From: a virus
Lineage: Duplodnaviria; Heunggongvirae; Uroviricota; Caudoviricetes
Direction: 5' to 3' (one strand)
IMG/VR virus record: IMGVR_UViG_2778261314_000004
DNA: 32,919 nt
Every line of letters starts with the position of its first letter. Within the stretch, counting starts at the first letter, position 1. Position numbers and translations under genes: made by a program. The notes under the pieces are model-generated. The model saw only the letters and a program-made list of their open reading frames with translations, did no database searches and was not told the DNA's origin. This document shows, piece after piece, positions 7,291 through 16,790 of this stretch.

Positions 7291-9701
7291 GTCATGACGA
7301 TATGAACAATTGCAGCGGCTTTAACGAGGCCGCCGCAGCATTTTCATGGAACGGCTCGAAAAAGGCCATTAACCCTTATCTGGACCCGGCGGAAGTTGCG
7401 CCGGAGTCTGCACTTTCAAACCTGATCACTCTGTACGCTGCCGATAACGAGCAGGAACAACTGCGCCGCGAGGCACTGAGTGAGCAGGTCTGGGAGCGTT
7501 ATTTCTTTAATGAATCCCGTGATCCTGTCCAGCGCGAAATGGAGCAGGATAAGCTCATTAGCCGGGCAAAGCTGGCGCATGAGCAGCAGCGTTTTAATCC
7601 GGACATGGTCATTCTGGCGGACGTAAACGCCCAGCCTTCCCATATCAGCAAGCCGCTGATGCAACGTATTGAATACTTCAGCAGCCTGGGCAGGCCAAAG
7701 GCTTATTCCCGCTATTTGCGTGAGACGATTAAGCCATGTCTGGAGCGACTGGATTGTGTACGTGACAGTCAGCTATCTGTTTCTTTCCGTTTTATGGCAA
7801 GCCATCAAGGGCTGGAGGGGCTGCTGATCCTGCCTGAAATGAGCCAGGATCAGGTGAAACGCCTGTCCACCCTGGTAGCAGCGCATATGAGCATGTGTCT
7901 TGAGGACGCTTGTGGTGATTTGTATGCCACCGATGACGTTAAGCCAGAAGAAATCCGCAAGACATGGGAAAAGGTGGCAGCGGAAACCCTGCGTCTGGAT
8001 GTTATCCCGCCTGCGTTTGAGAAACTTCGTCGGAAAAGAAACCGCCGCAAACCAGTGCCCTATGAACTCATCCCGGGTTCGCTGGCGCGTATGTTGTGTG
8101 CCGACTGGTGGTATCGGAAATTATGGAAGATGCGTTGCGAATGGCGGGAAGAGCAGTTGCGTGCTGTCTGCCTGGTCAGCAAAAAAGCATCCCCCTATGT
8201 CAGCTATGAAGCCGTGATGCATAAACGTGAGCAGCGCCGTAAGTCGCTGGAGTTTTTTCGTTCTCATGAACTGGTGAACGAAGACGGCGACACGCTGGAT
8301 ATGGAAGATGTGGTAAACGCCAGCAGCAGCAACCCGGCGCATCGCCGCAATGAGATGATGGCCTGTGTTAAAGGTCTGGAGCTTATCGCGGAAATGCGCG
8401 GTGACTGCGCCGTTTTCTACACCATTACCTGTCCGTCACGTTTCCATTCCACGCTCAATAACGGCAGACCCAACCCGACCTGGAAAAACGCGACGGTAAG
8501 ACAAAGCAGCGATTATCTGGTCGGTATGTTTGCTGCATTTCGTAAGGCGATGCACAAAGCCGGGTTGCGCTGGTATGGCGTGCGGGTGGCTGAGCCGCAT
8601 CACGACGGCACAGTTCACTGGCACCTGTTGTGTTTCATGCGCAAAAAAGACCGCCGCGCCATTACTGCATTGTTGCGTAAGTTTGCTATCCGTGAAGACC
8701 GCGAGGAGCTGGGCAATAACACGGGGCCGCGCTTTAAGTCTGAGCTGATTAACCCGCGCAAAGGAACGCCGACAAGCTACATAGCGAAATACATCAGTAA
8801 GAACATTGACGGGCGTGGTCTGGCTGGCGAGATCAGCAAGGAAACGGGTAAATCTCTTCGTGATAACGCTGAATACGTGAATGCCTGGGCGTCTTTGCAT
8901 CGTGTTCAGCAATTCCGCTTCTTTGGTATTCCGGGGCGTCAGGCTTACCGTGAACTGCGATTGCTGGCTGGTCAGGCGGCAAGGCAGCAGGGTGACAAAA
9001 AAGCAGGTGTGCCGGTACTGGATAACCCGCGCCTTGATGCCATTCTGGCTGCTGCTGATGCTGGTTGTTTTGCCACCTATATCATGAAGCAGGGAGGTGT
9101 ACTGGTTCCCCGTAAATATCACCTCATCAGAACTGCTTATGAAATTAACGAAGAGCCGACCGCCTATGGCGATCACGGTATTCGTATTTATGGCATCTGG
9201 TCACCCATTGCAGAGGGCAAGATCTGCACTCATGCAGTGAAGTGGAAAATGGTTCGTAAGGCCGTTGACGTTCAGGAGGCGGCAGCCGACCAGGGCGCTT
9301 GCGCCCCTTGGACTCGTGGCAATAACTGTCCCCTTGCTGAAAATTTGAACCAACAGGAGAAAGATAAATCAGCTGATGGGGACCCCAGAACGGACATTAC
9401 CAGCATGGATGACAAGGAGTTGCACGATTACCTGCACAGTATGAGCAAAAAAGAGCGCCGGGAACTGGCAGCAAGGTTACGCCTGGTGAAACCGAAACGG
9501 CGTAAAGACTACAAACAGCGAATTACAGACCATCAGCGACTGCAGCTCGTGTATGAGCTGAAGTCCAGAGGATTTGATGGCAGCGAGAAAGAGGTCGATT
9601 TACTCCTTCGCGGAGGCAGTATTCCGTCAGGAGCAGGCCTGCGTATCTTCTATCGGAACCAGCGTTTGCAGGAAGATGATCAGTGGCGGAACCTGTATTA
9701 A
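7287..9701 (+). CDS. A: Replication initiation protein (P2 gpA / 186 RepA family rolling-circle HUH endonuclease), ~804 aa
   Basis: ATG overlaps the dam stop (ATGA). Large protein with HUH-type motif ([11 protein letters not shown]) and expected size and position for gpA. Confidence 0.9.
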   Translation: MSHDDMNNCSGFNEAAAAFSWNGSKKAINPYLDPAEVAPESALSNLITLYAADNEQEQLRREALSEQVWERYFFNESRDPVQREMEQDKLISRAKLAHEQQRFNPDMVILADVNAQPSHISKPLMQRIEYFSSLGRPKAYSRYLRETIKPCLERLDCVRDSQLSVSFRFMASHQGLEGLLILPEMSQDQVKRLSTLVAAHMSMCLEDACGDLYATDDVKPEEIRKTWEKVAAETLRLDVIPPAFEKLRRKRNRRKPVPYELIPGSLARMLCADWWYRKLWKMRCEWREEQLRAVCLVSKKASPYVSYEAVMHKREQRRKSLEFFRSHELVNEDGDTLDMEDVVNASSSNPAHRRNEMMACVKGLELIAEMRGDCAVFYTITCPSRFHSTLNNGRPNPTWKNATVRQSSDYLVGMFAAFRKAMHKAGLRWYGVRVAEPHHDGTVHWHLLCFMRKKDRRAITALLRKFAIREDREELGNNTGPRFKSELINPRKGTPTSYIAKYISKNIDGRGLAGEISKETGKSLRDNAEYVNAWASLHRVQQFRFFGIPGRQAYRELRLLAGQAARQQGDKKAGVPVLDNPRLDAILAAADAGCFATYIMKQGGVLVPRKYHLIRTAYEINEEPTAYGDHGIRIYGIWSPIAEGKICTHAVKWKMVRKAVDVQEAAADQGACAPWTRGNNCPLAENLNQQEKDKSADGDPRTDITSMDDKELHDYLHSMSKKERRELAARLRLVKPKRRKDYKQRITDHQRLQLVYELKSRGFDGSEKEVDLLLRGGSIPSGAGLRIFYRNQRLQEDDQWRNLY

Positions 9702-9795
9702 TTACGCGGGTTAACAATTCGTGCTCTTAATAATACCAGGCATATCAGGCTGATGAACGTAAAAAAACGTTTTACATCAGTAAGATTATTATATA

Positions 9796-9811
9796 CTGTA
9801 AATATAAACAG
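9796..9811 (+). promoter_or_regulatory. LexA box (SOS operator) CTGTAAATATAAACAG overlapping a sigma70-like promoter
   Basis: Perfect CTGT-N8-ACAG palindrome with AT-rich spacer. TTTACA (-35-like, 9771-9776) and TATACT (-10-like, 9792-9797) are adjacent. Lies upstream of the 62-aa ORF and the dinI-like gene. Confidence 0.6.
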
Positions 9812-9854
9812 TGGTTATACATACAGTATTGCGTGTGGTGTCATAGGAGGAAAG

Positions 9855-10043
9855 ATGCAGGACTATTTTTTGGAGTCTTTGAAGCTCCAGCGCATTGATT
9901 TTTTTCTTAAGCTTGTAGCGGCTAGTGAGTGTAGTGATGAAGAGAAGGGGCTGGCTCTGCAGTGGGTTTCTGAATTGACTGATGAACTCATGGCAAAAAT
10001 CAGAACCCACGAATACAACCGCTCAATGGATGTCATCAGCTGA
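9855..10043 (+). CDS. Hypothetical 62-aa protein, first gene of the LexA-box-controlled operon (candidate antirepressor/SOS effector)
   Basis: ATG at 9855 preceded by GGAGG. AT-rich. Immediately downstream of the LexA box. Confidence 0.5.
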   Translation: MQDYFLESLKLQRIDFFLKLVAASECSDEEKGLALQWVSELTDELMAKIRTHEYNRSMDVIS

Positions 10044-10053
10044 GGTGACTTTT

Positions 10054-10287
10054 ATGCGCATTGAAATAATGATCGATAAAGAGCAGAAGATTAGCCAGTC
10101 TACCCTGGACGCCCTTGAATCCGAGCTTTACCGCAATCTGCGCCCCCTGTATCCCAAAACGGTAATTCGCATTCGCAAAGGTAGCTCTAACGGTGTGGAA
10201 CTAACCGGACTGCAACTGGACGAAGAAAGAAAACAAGTGATGAAAATTATGCAGAAGGTGTGGGAAGACGACAGCTGGCTGCATTAA
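10054..10287 (+). CDS. dinI: DinI-like protein (DNA-damage-inducible protein I family), 77 aa
   Basis: MRIEIMIDKEQKIS...LDALESELYRNL...KIMQKVWEDDSW follows the DinI pattern (MRIEV...DAL..EL.R...E.W..W) and length. Confidence 0.8.
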   Translation: MRIEIMIDKEQKISQSTLDALESELYRNLRPLYPKTVIRIRKGSSNGVELTGLQLDEERKQVMKIMQKVWEDDSWLH

Positions 10288-10422
10288 GAAACGTTGCTGG
10301 CGTCTGAACTTGCTTCTGGCGTCAGCAAGGTTGAACAACGAGCCCTTGCGAGGCGTTAACTCTGTAGTGCATGTCTATGCCGCATGAGATCGCATGATCG
10401 TTTGAGGATCGTTTTTGCTAAG

Positions 10423-10447
10423 GCCCGCCAGAACTGGCGGGCTTTTG
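10423..10447 (+). terminator. Rho-independent terminator downstream of the dinI-like operon
   Basis: GC-rich inverted repeat gcccgccag..ctggcgggc followed by TTTTG. Confidence 0.5.
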
Positions 10448-10491
10448 CGTAGATTATGCAGGTGCATGAAAACCACTACATAAAGCGGGCA

Positions 10492-10510
10492 GGCGTGGCG
10501 GGGATACGAG
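10492..10510. other. cos: Candidate cos site (cohesive-end sequence)
   Basis: ggcgtggcggggatacgag: the first 13 nt match the 19-nt cohesive end I recall for phage 186 (GGCGTGGCGGGGAAAGCAT; P2 is GGCGAGGCGGGGAAAGCAC). Lies in a non-coding stretch between the early region and the Q side. Based on recollection only. Confidence 0.4.
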
Positions 10511-10599
10511 CGCGCGCTGATGGGGGGCGCAGTGCTTTTGGCATAGTTATGAGGTAGAATTTCAAAATACTTTTTAGCGCTGTTGGAGGTATAGACAAA

Positions 10600-11145
10600 A
10601 TGGACGTTATAACTGGAGTTGCAGAGTTTTTTCGAAAAGTACCTGCAGCATTTCTTGTGGCTATTACATGTGTTTTAGGTCTTATACTTTTTCTGCCAGA
10701 CTCTTTGGCAGTAAAAGTGGCTGTTGATGGCTTTCGTAATGAGTATAGGATTTTTATTGGACCTGCATTTTTACTGTCTGTATCTTATTTAGTTGCAAGA
10801 GTCTATCTCTCTTTCTATGACTTACTTGGTGAAAGGCAGGCTAAGAAGGTACGCACTTCCTACCTTGAGAAGCTAACAGCAGAAGAAAAAGGATATTTAA
10901 AGTCTTATATTACCGAAGGTGTTAATTCACTTATGTGTGGGCCTGAGGATGGGGTCATGGGGGGACTTGTGGCTAAGGGGATTACTTATAGAGCCACCAG
11001 TGTTGGGGATATGATCTACGGTTTTGCTTTCAACTTACAGCCATGGGCGCGTGAACATTTAGAGAAAAATAGTCATTTATTAGATGGGGCTATTGGGCGT
11101 GCAATGACTCCAAGAGAAAAATTAAACTTTAGATTGGGACGCTAA
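10600..11145 (+). CDS. Membrane protein, 181 aa, with N-terminal transmembrane segments; possible superinfection-exclusion (SieB-like) cargo protein
   Basis: Hydrophobic stretches AAFLVAITCVLGLILFL and GPAFLLSVSYLVARVYL. Lower G+C than flanking phage genes. Located between the cos-like site and Q, where P2-like phages carry accessory genes. Family assignment is tentative. Confidence 0.45.
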   Translation: MDVITGVAEFFRKVPAAFLVAITCVLGLILFLPDSLAVKVAVDGFRNEYRIFIGPAFLLSVSYLVARVYLSFYDLLGERQAKKVRTSYLEKLTAEEKGYLKSYITEGVNSLMCGPEDGVMGGLVAKGITYRATSVGDMIYGFAFNLQPWAREHLEKNSHLLDGAIGRAMTPREKLNFRLGR

Positions 11146-11175
11146 CCAGTCACACATTACCAATGTGTGACTGGT
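11146..11175. terminator. Hairpin between convergent genes (possible bidirectional terminator)
   Basis: Inverted repeat ccagtcacacatt-acca-atgtgtgactgg followed by a T-rich run, between the membrane-protein gene (+) and Q (-). Confidence 0.4.
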
Positions 11176-11189
11176 GGTGGTTATTTCTT

Positions 11190-12227
11190 TTATTCAATGT
11201 CAAATTTATATGGTTCAAAAGAAATAACCTTTTCCCCCAACCACTCATTTAGTTCTTCGAGTCTTTTTTGTAGCGGTATTAACTCATTACGGACAAAGAC
11301 GCGGCTGGCTTTTTCCACATCACCAAAGCCGCCGGTATTGTTGGGAATAATGCCCATCATCTGCGGCGGTACGCGGTGTGCTGCCATCATGTCATCGCGG
11401 CTCACGTTCTTAATGTTCAGAAATTCATCCTTTGCTGCAACCTCAGACAGTGGGATGATCTGGATGCCGTCTTTTTTACCGTTGGGCGAATACATAAACA
11501 GGTTGCGGAAGTTGCCCGGACCTTTGGCGCTTTTCATCGCGTTGCGGAGGTTGTTCACATCCTCCTGGTTCTGCGCGGCGTCAGTCATATACATGATGAA
11601 GCCTGCATGGCTGCCGTTGATGTAATACTTACGGCGGAACAGCGTGGCGGACTCGTTGAGCAGGGCTGACGGAATGGCAGAAAGATAACCGGGCAGGCCG
11701 TAGATCTCCTGATTAATATCCGGTTCCATCAGATGAAAAATGCTGCCTTTCGTGAACTGATACGGCTGGGTTGTCATACCGTATTGCACAAACCAGTAGG
11801 TATCCAGGTCTAATCCGCGTCGGGTGTATTTTGCCAGCGCAGGTTCAAGGGCGATCACTTCACCGAAGCGGTTCGTGCGTTTCTCCAGATAGGCATTGCC
11901 AAATACCAGATAGTCCTGCACAAAACGCGAAAAAGCCTGCTGGCTGAGCAGAGGATGAGGGATATAGGTACTGGTCAGAATGTTACACTTTACTGCAATC
12001 GGGGAACTGTGATGCACGGCAGCGCGGAAGGTGCGCGCCAGTCCGTTAAAGCTGACGGGAGGCTCATACCAGCGGTCCATCTGTACGCATTCCACATAGT
12101 CCAGCAGTTCACGGCGGTCCAGAACAGGAACGGGATCGCCGAAGCTGAATGCTTCGGCTGTAGTTTGACTTTTAAGCTGGATCTGATTCGTCGCCGCAGC
12201 GCGGTTCTTCTTACTCTTTCCCATCAA
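11190..12227 (-). CDS. Q: Portal protein (P2 gpQ family), 345 aa
   Basis: Size and position match P2 Q (344 aa), convergent and adjacent to the terminase large-subunit gene, overlapping its end by 4 nt. Confidence 0.9.
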   Translation of the reverse strand: MMGKSKKNRAAATNQIQLKSQTTAEAFSFGDPVPVLDRRELLDYVECVQMDRWYEPPVSFNGLARTFRAAVHHSSPIAVKCNILTSTYIPHPLLSQQAFSRFVQDYLVFGNAYLEKRTNRFGEVIALEPALAKYTRRGLDLDTYWFVQYGMTTQPYQFTKGSIFHLMEPDINQEIYGLPGYLSAIPSALLNESATLFRRKYYINGSHAGFIMYMTDAAQNQEDVNNLRNAMKSAKGPGNFRNLFMYSPNGKKDGIQIIPLSEVAAKDEFLNIKNVSRDDMMAAHRVPPQMMGIIPNNTGGFGDVEKASRVFVRNELIPLQKRLEELNEWLGEKVISFEPYKFDIE

Positions 12228-13990
12228 AAAATCTCCACAATATTGCTGGTATTGGCGGATTCGCCCTGCAGCGGTTCGTTAAACAGTGCGTGCATCGTTG
12301 CCCAAGCCAGATCGGCGTGGCTGGCTTCTTCGCTGCGGCTGGCTTCATAGGTCGGGCGGTTGCCACTGGCGGTGGTGGCGCGACGGATTGCCATGAATGA
12401 CTGCGCAATGTCGGTGTGCCCGGCGTCAAACTCCAGACGGCGGTGGCTGATAATGTCGTAGGCCTTGAGTACCAGGGCGTTTTTAACGTTGGGGTTGTAG
12501 ACAAACTCCCGGACGGCAGGAAAGAACGCTTTCACGTTCTCATAAACCCCGTGACCAACGCCGGTTGAGTCGATACCGATGTATGTCACGTTGTACTGTT
12601 CAGTCAGTTTTTTGATGGCGTTAGCCTGGGCGCGGAAGTCCATCCCGCGCCACTGGTGACGCTCAAGAATGCGGAACTTACCGCCCGGCACGGCTGGCGG
12701 TGCCACCACCACGCACCCGGCGCTGTCGCCGTTTTGCGTACCTTTTGCCGGGTCATAACCGATCCACACTTCGCGCCAGCCAAACGGGCGCAGGGCCAGT
12801 GCATGAAAGTCGGTCCAGACTTCCCAACTGTCCACCATGCACGCCTGCAGCTCGCTGAGCGGGAACACGGACGCGAGATCGTCAACAAACTCGCACATCA
12901 GCAGGTTCTGGTATTCGTCCGGGCTGTACTCCAAGCGTAGCTGGTCGAGGTCGAACAGGTTACAGCCGCCGCGCACCGCATCTTCCACGGTGACTATCTG
13001 GCGGTATTGCCCGTCTGCGCACAGCAGGCCGGGGGCCAGATTGCTGTGGGACAGGTCGATGTCCACCTTATCGGCTTTGTTGCGCCCACGGTTGAACAGC
13101 GCACCGGACCAGAACGGATAAGCACTGTGTGTCAGGCTGGATGGCGTGGAAAAATAGGTTTGTCGCCATTTTTTGTGAATAGCCATACCGGAAGCCACTT
13201 TGCGCAGCTCCTGGAATTTCGGTATCCAGAAATATTCATCCAGATACAGGTTGCCGTGGTAACTCTGGGCCGTGCGGGCATTGGTGCCGAGGAAATACAG
13301 TGTGGCTCCGTTAGGAAGCACCATCGGATCGCCTTTCAGCTCCACCTCGACTTCTTTGGCGAAGTCGATGATGTACTGTTTAAAGACGTGAGCCTGTGCC
13401 TTACTGGCAGAAAGGAAAATCTGGTTACGTCCGGTAAGCAGGGCGTCAATCAGGGCTTCACGGGCAAAGTAAAAGGTCGCACCGATCTGGCGTGACTTCA
13501 GCAGGTTGCGGATGCGGTTGGTTTTTCCGGCTTCCCACCAGTGGCGCTGGTAGTTGAACATGGAGGAATGGAAGATTTCTTCCAGCTTCTCAATCTGTTC
13601 ATCGGTGAAAACATTCTTTTCCGGCTGACGGCGCGGGCCTTTGTTGCGGTTGGCGACGTTAGGGTTTAAGTCGGCTTCGTTGCCGCCATTGTTAAACTTG
13701 CCGATCCGCGCATGGCGCTCCGACTGGCGCGCCAGCAGGTCAATTTCTTTAAAGTCTTTCCCTTCTTTGTGCTCCTTCATGATGAGCTGGCAGTAGCGTG
13801 CGGCGGTGGTGAGCTGCATCTGATCCAGCGGCCCATAGTCACCCCACTTGTCGCGTTTTTTCCAGCTGTGAACGGTTGCAACTTTCTCGCCCAGCATTTC
13901 AGCAATGCGGGCTACGCGGTATCCCTGAAAGTACAGCAGCATGGCCTGTCGACGGGGATCGAGATCTGCGGGTGTCAGTGTGGTGTTCAT
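12224..13990 (-). CDS. P: Terminase large (ATPase) subunit (P2 gpP family), 588 aa
   Basis: Size and position match P2 P. Divergent from the O-N-M-L late operon. Confidence 0.9.
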   Translation of the reverse strand: MNTTLTPADLDPRRQAMLLYFQGYRVARIAEMLGEKVATVHSWKKRDKWGDYGPLDQMQLTTAARYCQLIMKEHKEGKDFKEIDLLARQSERHARIGKFNNGGNEADLNPNVANRNKGPRRQPEKNVFTDEQIEKLEEIFHSSMFNYQRHWWEAGKTNRIRNLLKSRQIGATFYFAREALIDALLTGRNQIFLSASKAQAHVFKQYIIDFAKEVEVELKGDPMVLPNGATLYFLGTNARTAQSYHGNLYLDEYFWIPKFQELRKVASGMAIHKKWRQTYFSTPSSLTHSAYPFWSGALFNRGRNKADKVDIDLSHSNLAPGLLCADGQYRQIVTVEDAVRGGCNLFDLDQLRLEYSPDEYQNLLMCEFVDDLASVFPLSELQACMVDSWEVWTDFHALALRPFGWREVWIGYDPAKGTQNGDSAGCVVVAPPAVPGGKFRILERHQWRGMDFRAQANAIKKLTEQYNVTYIGIDSTGVGHGVYENVKAFFPAVREFVYNPNVKNALVLKAYDIISHRRLEFDAGHTDIAQSFMAIRRATTASGNRPTYEASRSEEASHADLAWATMHALFNEPLQGESANTSNIVEIF

Positions 13991-14036
13991 GGCACAAACC
14001 TACAGCCTTGAATGACGGCTTTCCCCGCCTGCGGTT

Positions 14037-14054
14037 TGTGTGGTTGTCGGTACA
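14037..14054. promoter_or_regulatory. Ogr/Delta-type late-promoter activator site TGT-N12-ACA in the divergent P/O promoter region
   Basis: tgtgtggttgtcggtaca lies about 80 bp upstream of the O start codon in the P-O intergenic region, as expected for P2 late promoters. Confidence 0.55.
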
Positions 14055-14132
14055 AATACCGCGCATTGTTTCACTGCCCCCATCACCGCAACCATAAGGC
14101 TCCAGTAAGTTTTTTCTAACGGAGCACGGCTC

Positions 14133-14966
14133 ATGACAGTGAAAGCAAAGCGTTTTCGCATCGGGGTGGAAGGTGCCACTACCGACGGACGTGAAATCCA
14201 GCGTGAATGGCTGGAACAGATGGCAGCCAGCTACAACCCGGCGGTGTATACCGCGCTGATTAACCTTGAGCACATTAAGTCTTATCTGCCGGACAGCACC
14301 TTTAACCGCTACGGCAAGGTGACGGCGCTGTTTGCTGAAGAAATCACGGAAGGTCCGCTGGCGGGCAAGATGGCGCTGTATGCCGACGTTGAGCCAACGG
14401 AGTCCCTGGTGGAGCTGGTGAAAAAAGGCCAGAAATTATTCACCTCTATGGAAGTCAGCCCGAAGTTTGCTGATACGGGCAAAGCCTACCTGGTCGGCCT
14501 GGCTGCCACTGATGATCCCGCCAGTCTGGGTACGGAAATGCTGACATTCAGCGCCAGTGCAGCCCATAACCCGCTGGCAAACCGCAAGCAGAATCCCGCC
14601 AATCTTTTTACCGCTGCAGAGGAAACGGTGATCGAACTGGAAGAAATCCAGGAGGACAAGCCGTCCCTGTTTGCCCGCGTCACGGCACTGTTCACCAAAA
14701 AAGAGCAGTCCGACGATGCCCGGTTCTCTGATGTGCATAAGGCCGTGGAGCTGGTCGCCACTGAGCAGCAAAGCCTGAGCGCACGCACCGAAAAATCCCT
14801 GTCTGAGCAGGAAGAACGTCTGTCTGAGCTGGAGACTGCCCTGCAGGCACAGCAGACAGCCTTTAACGAACTGGTGAATAAGCTGAGTCATGAAGACAGC
14901 CGCCAGGACTACCGCCAGCGTGCAACAGGCGGTAACGCCCCCGCTGACACTCTGACCAATTGCTGA
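14133..14966 (+). CDS. O: Capsid scaffolding protein (P2 gpO family), 277 aa
   Basis: First gene of the rightward late operon opposite P, with GGAG Shine-Dalgarno. Size close to P2 O. Confidence 0.85.
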   Translation: MTVKAKRFRIGVEGATTDGREIQREWLEQMAASYNPAVYTALINLEHIKSYLPDSTFNRYGKVTALFAEEITEGPLAGKMALYADVEPTESLVELVKKGQKLFTSMEVSPKFADTGKAYLVGLAATDDPASLGTEMLTFSASAAHNPLANRKQNPANLFTAAEETVIELEEIQEDKPSLFARVTALFTKKEQSDDARFSDVHKAVELVATEQQSLSARTEKSLSEQEERLSELETALQAQQTAFNELVNKLSHEDSRQDYRQRATGGNAPADTLTNC

Positions 14967-14982
14967 TGGAGCACAAAACCCG

Positions 14983-16041
14983 ATGAAGAAGAATACCCGC
15001 TTTGCTTTTAACGCTTACCTGCAGCAGCTGGCGCGTCTGAACGGTGTGGCCGTTGAAGAACTGTCCAGCAAGTTCACTGTAGAGCCGTCTGTGCAGCAGA
15101 CGCTGGAAGATCAGATCCAGCAGTCCGCCGCATTCCTGACGCTGATTAACGTCACGCCAGTGACTGAGCAGTCTGGTCAGTTGCTGGGGCTGGGTGTTGG
15201 CAGCACCATTGCCGGAACCACTGATACCACAGCTAAAGAGCGTGAGCCTGTCGATCCGTCGCTGATGGTCGATGTGGAATACAAATGCGAGCAGACTAAC
15301 TTTGACACGGTGCTGACCTACGCGAAGCTGGACCTGTGGGCGAAGTTTCAGGATTTCCAGGTGCGTATCCGTGACGCCATCGTAAAACGTCAGGCACTGG
15401 ACCGCATCATGATCGGCTTTAACGGCGTGAAGCGTGCGAAAACCTCCAACCGTAGCGAAAACCCGCTGCTGCAGGATGTGAACAAAGGCTGGCTGCAGAA
15501 AATCCGTGAAGATGCACCGGATCACGTCATGGGCAGCACCACCACGGGCGGTGAAACCACACCGGGTGCGGTGAAAGTCGGTAAAGGTGGCGAATATGCC
15601 AACCTGGACGCAGTGGTGATGGATGCCGTCAATGAGCTTATCGACGTGGTCTACCAGGACGATGACGATATGGTGGTGATTTGCGGTCGTGAACTGCTGT
15701 CTGACAAGTATTTCCCGCTGGTCAACAAAGAGCAGGAAAACAGTGAAAAACTGGCTGCCGATATGATCATCAGCCAGAAACGCATGGGTGGCCTGCAGGC
15801 CGTGCGTGCGCCGTTCTTCCCGCCGAATGCGCTGCTGATCACCCGTCTGGATAACCTGTCCATCTACTGGCAGGAAGACACCCGCCGCCGTTCAGTTATC
15901 GACAACCCGAAACGTGACCGGATTGAAAACTTTGAATCCGTTAACGAAGCCTATGTGGTTGAGGACTACCGCTGCGCCGCACTGGTGGAAAACATCCAGA
16001 TTGGTGACTTCAGCGCCGCCGCAGCAGAAACCGGAGCGTAA
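14983..16041 (+). CDS. N: Major capsid protein (P2 gpN family), 352 aa
   Basis: Position after O; size close to P2 N (357 aa). Confidence 0.9.
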   Translation: MKKNTRFAFNAYLQQLARLNGVAVEELSSKFTVEPSVQQTLEDQIQQSAAFLTLINVTPVTEQSGQLLGLGVGSTIAGTTDTTAKEREPVDPSLMVDVEYKCEQTNFDTVLTYAKLDLWAKFQDFQVRIRDAIVKRQALDRIMIGFNGVKRAKTSNRSENPLLQDVNKGWLQKIREDAPDHVMGSTTTGGETTPGAVKVGKGGEYANLDAVVMDAVNELIDVVYQDDDDMVVICGRELLSDKYFPLVNKEQENSEKLAADMIISQKRMGGLQAVRAPFFPPNALLITRLDNLSIYWQEDTRRRSVIDNPKRDRIENFESVNEAYVVEDYRCAALVENIQIGDFSAAAAETGA

Positions 16042-16044
16042 TTC

Positions 16045-16695
16045 ATGAGCCTGAGTCCCGCACGGCAGCATCGCCTGCGCGTTCAGGCTGAACAGGCCGC
16101 TCGCGAGGGTGGCAGTGTTCGCCACGCGTCGGGCTATGACCTGATGCTGCTGCAACTGGCGGAAGACCGCCGCCGTCTCAAGGGCGTTCAGTCCACGGTC
16201 AAAAAAGCGGAAATCAAGGTGGAGCTGCTGCCGAAGTACGCCGCCTGGGCGGAGGGCGTCCTGGCTGCCGGAGGCGCTCAACAGGATGACGTGCTGATGT
16301 ACGTGATGCTGTGGCGCATTGATGCCGGAGATTATGCCGGGGCGCTGGAGATCGGGCGTCATGCCCTGCGTCATGGCTGGGTGATGCCGCTGGGTAACCG
16401 CAACGTGCAGACCGTGCTGGCAGAGGAAATGGCAGATGCAGCGCAGAGCGCAATGCTTGCCGCCACCGACTTTGATGCCGATCTGTTGCTGCAGACGCTG
16501 GAGCTGACAGACGGTCTGGATATGCCGGACCAGTCACGGGCGCGTCTGCATAAAGCGATTGGCGCTGTCCTGAGTGAAAGCAATCCGGCTTCCGCCCTTA
16601 ATCATCTCAACCATGCGTTACAGCTCGATCCCCGCTGTGGCGTGAAAAAAGACAAACAGCAGCTGGAGCGCAGACTGCGCAATGACAGCCGCTGA
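16045..16695 (+). CDS. M: Terminase small/endonuclease subunit (P2 gpM family), 216 aa
   Basis: Position after N in the P2 gene order. Confidence 0.85.
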   Translation: MSLSPARQHRLRVQAEQAAREGGSVRHASGYDLMLLQLAEDRRRLKGVQSTVKKAEIKVELLPKYAAWAEGVLAAGGAQQDDVLMYVMLWRIDAGDYAGALEIGRHALRHGWVMPLGNRNVQTVLAEEMADAAQSAMLAATDFDADLLLQTLELTDGLDMPDQSRARLHKAIGAVLSESNPASALNHLNHALQLDPRCGVKKDKQQLERRLRNDSR

Positions 16696-16790
16696 CAGAA
16701 CGTGCCCCCGCGCACGGGCGGCACGGGGTGGCGAAAGGCACTGCCACATCAAAATCCCGTCCACCGCCCTCTATTTCAGGAGAAAGCAGC

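Noticed and set aside
8436-9176. 246-aa minus-strand ORF inside repA
   Set aside because: Lies entirely antisense to the well-supported replication-protein gene; Arg/Cys/Thr-rich composition typical of antisense reading of a GC-rich gene; no ribosome-binding site context.
10291-10340. Imperfect inverted repeat (ttgctggcgtc ... tggcgtcagcaa) just after dinI
   Set aside because: The arms are not true reverse complements on inspection; the convincing terminator is the hairpin at 10423-10447.
11167-11625. 152-aa plus-strand ORF overlapping the portal gene
   Set aside because: Antisense to Q, which has strong positional and size support; Ser/Phe-rich junk-like composition.
14863-15525. 220-aa minus-strand ORF spanning the O/N junction
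   Set aside because: Antisense to the scaffold and capsid genes; no independent support.
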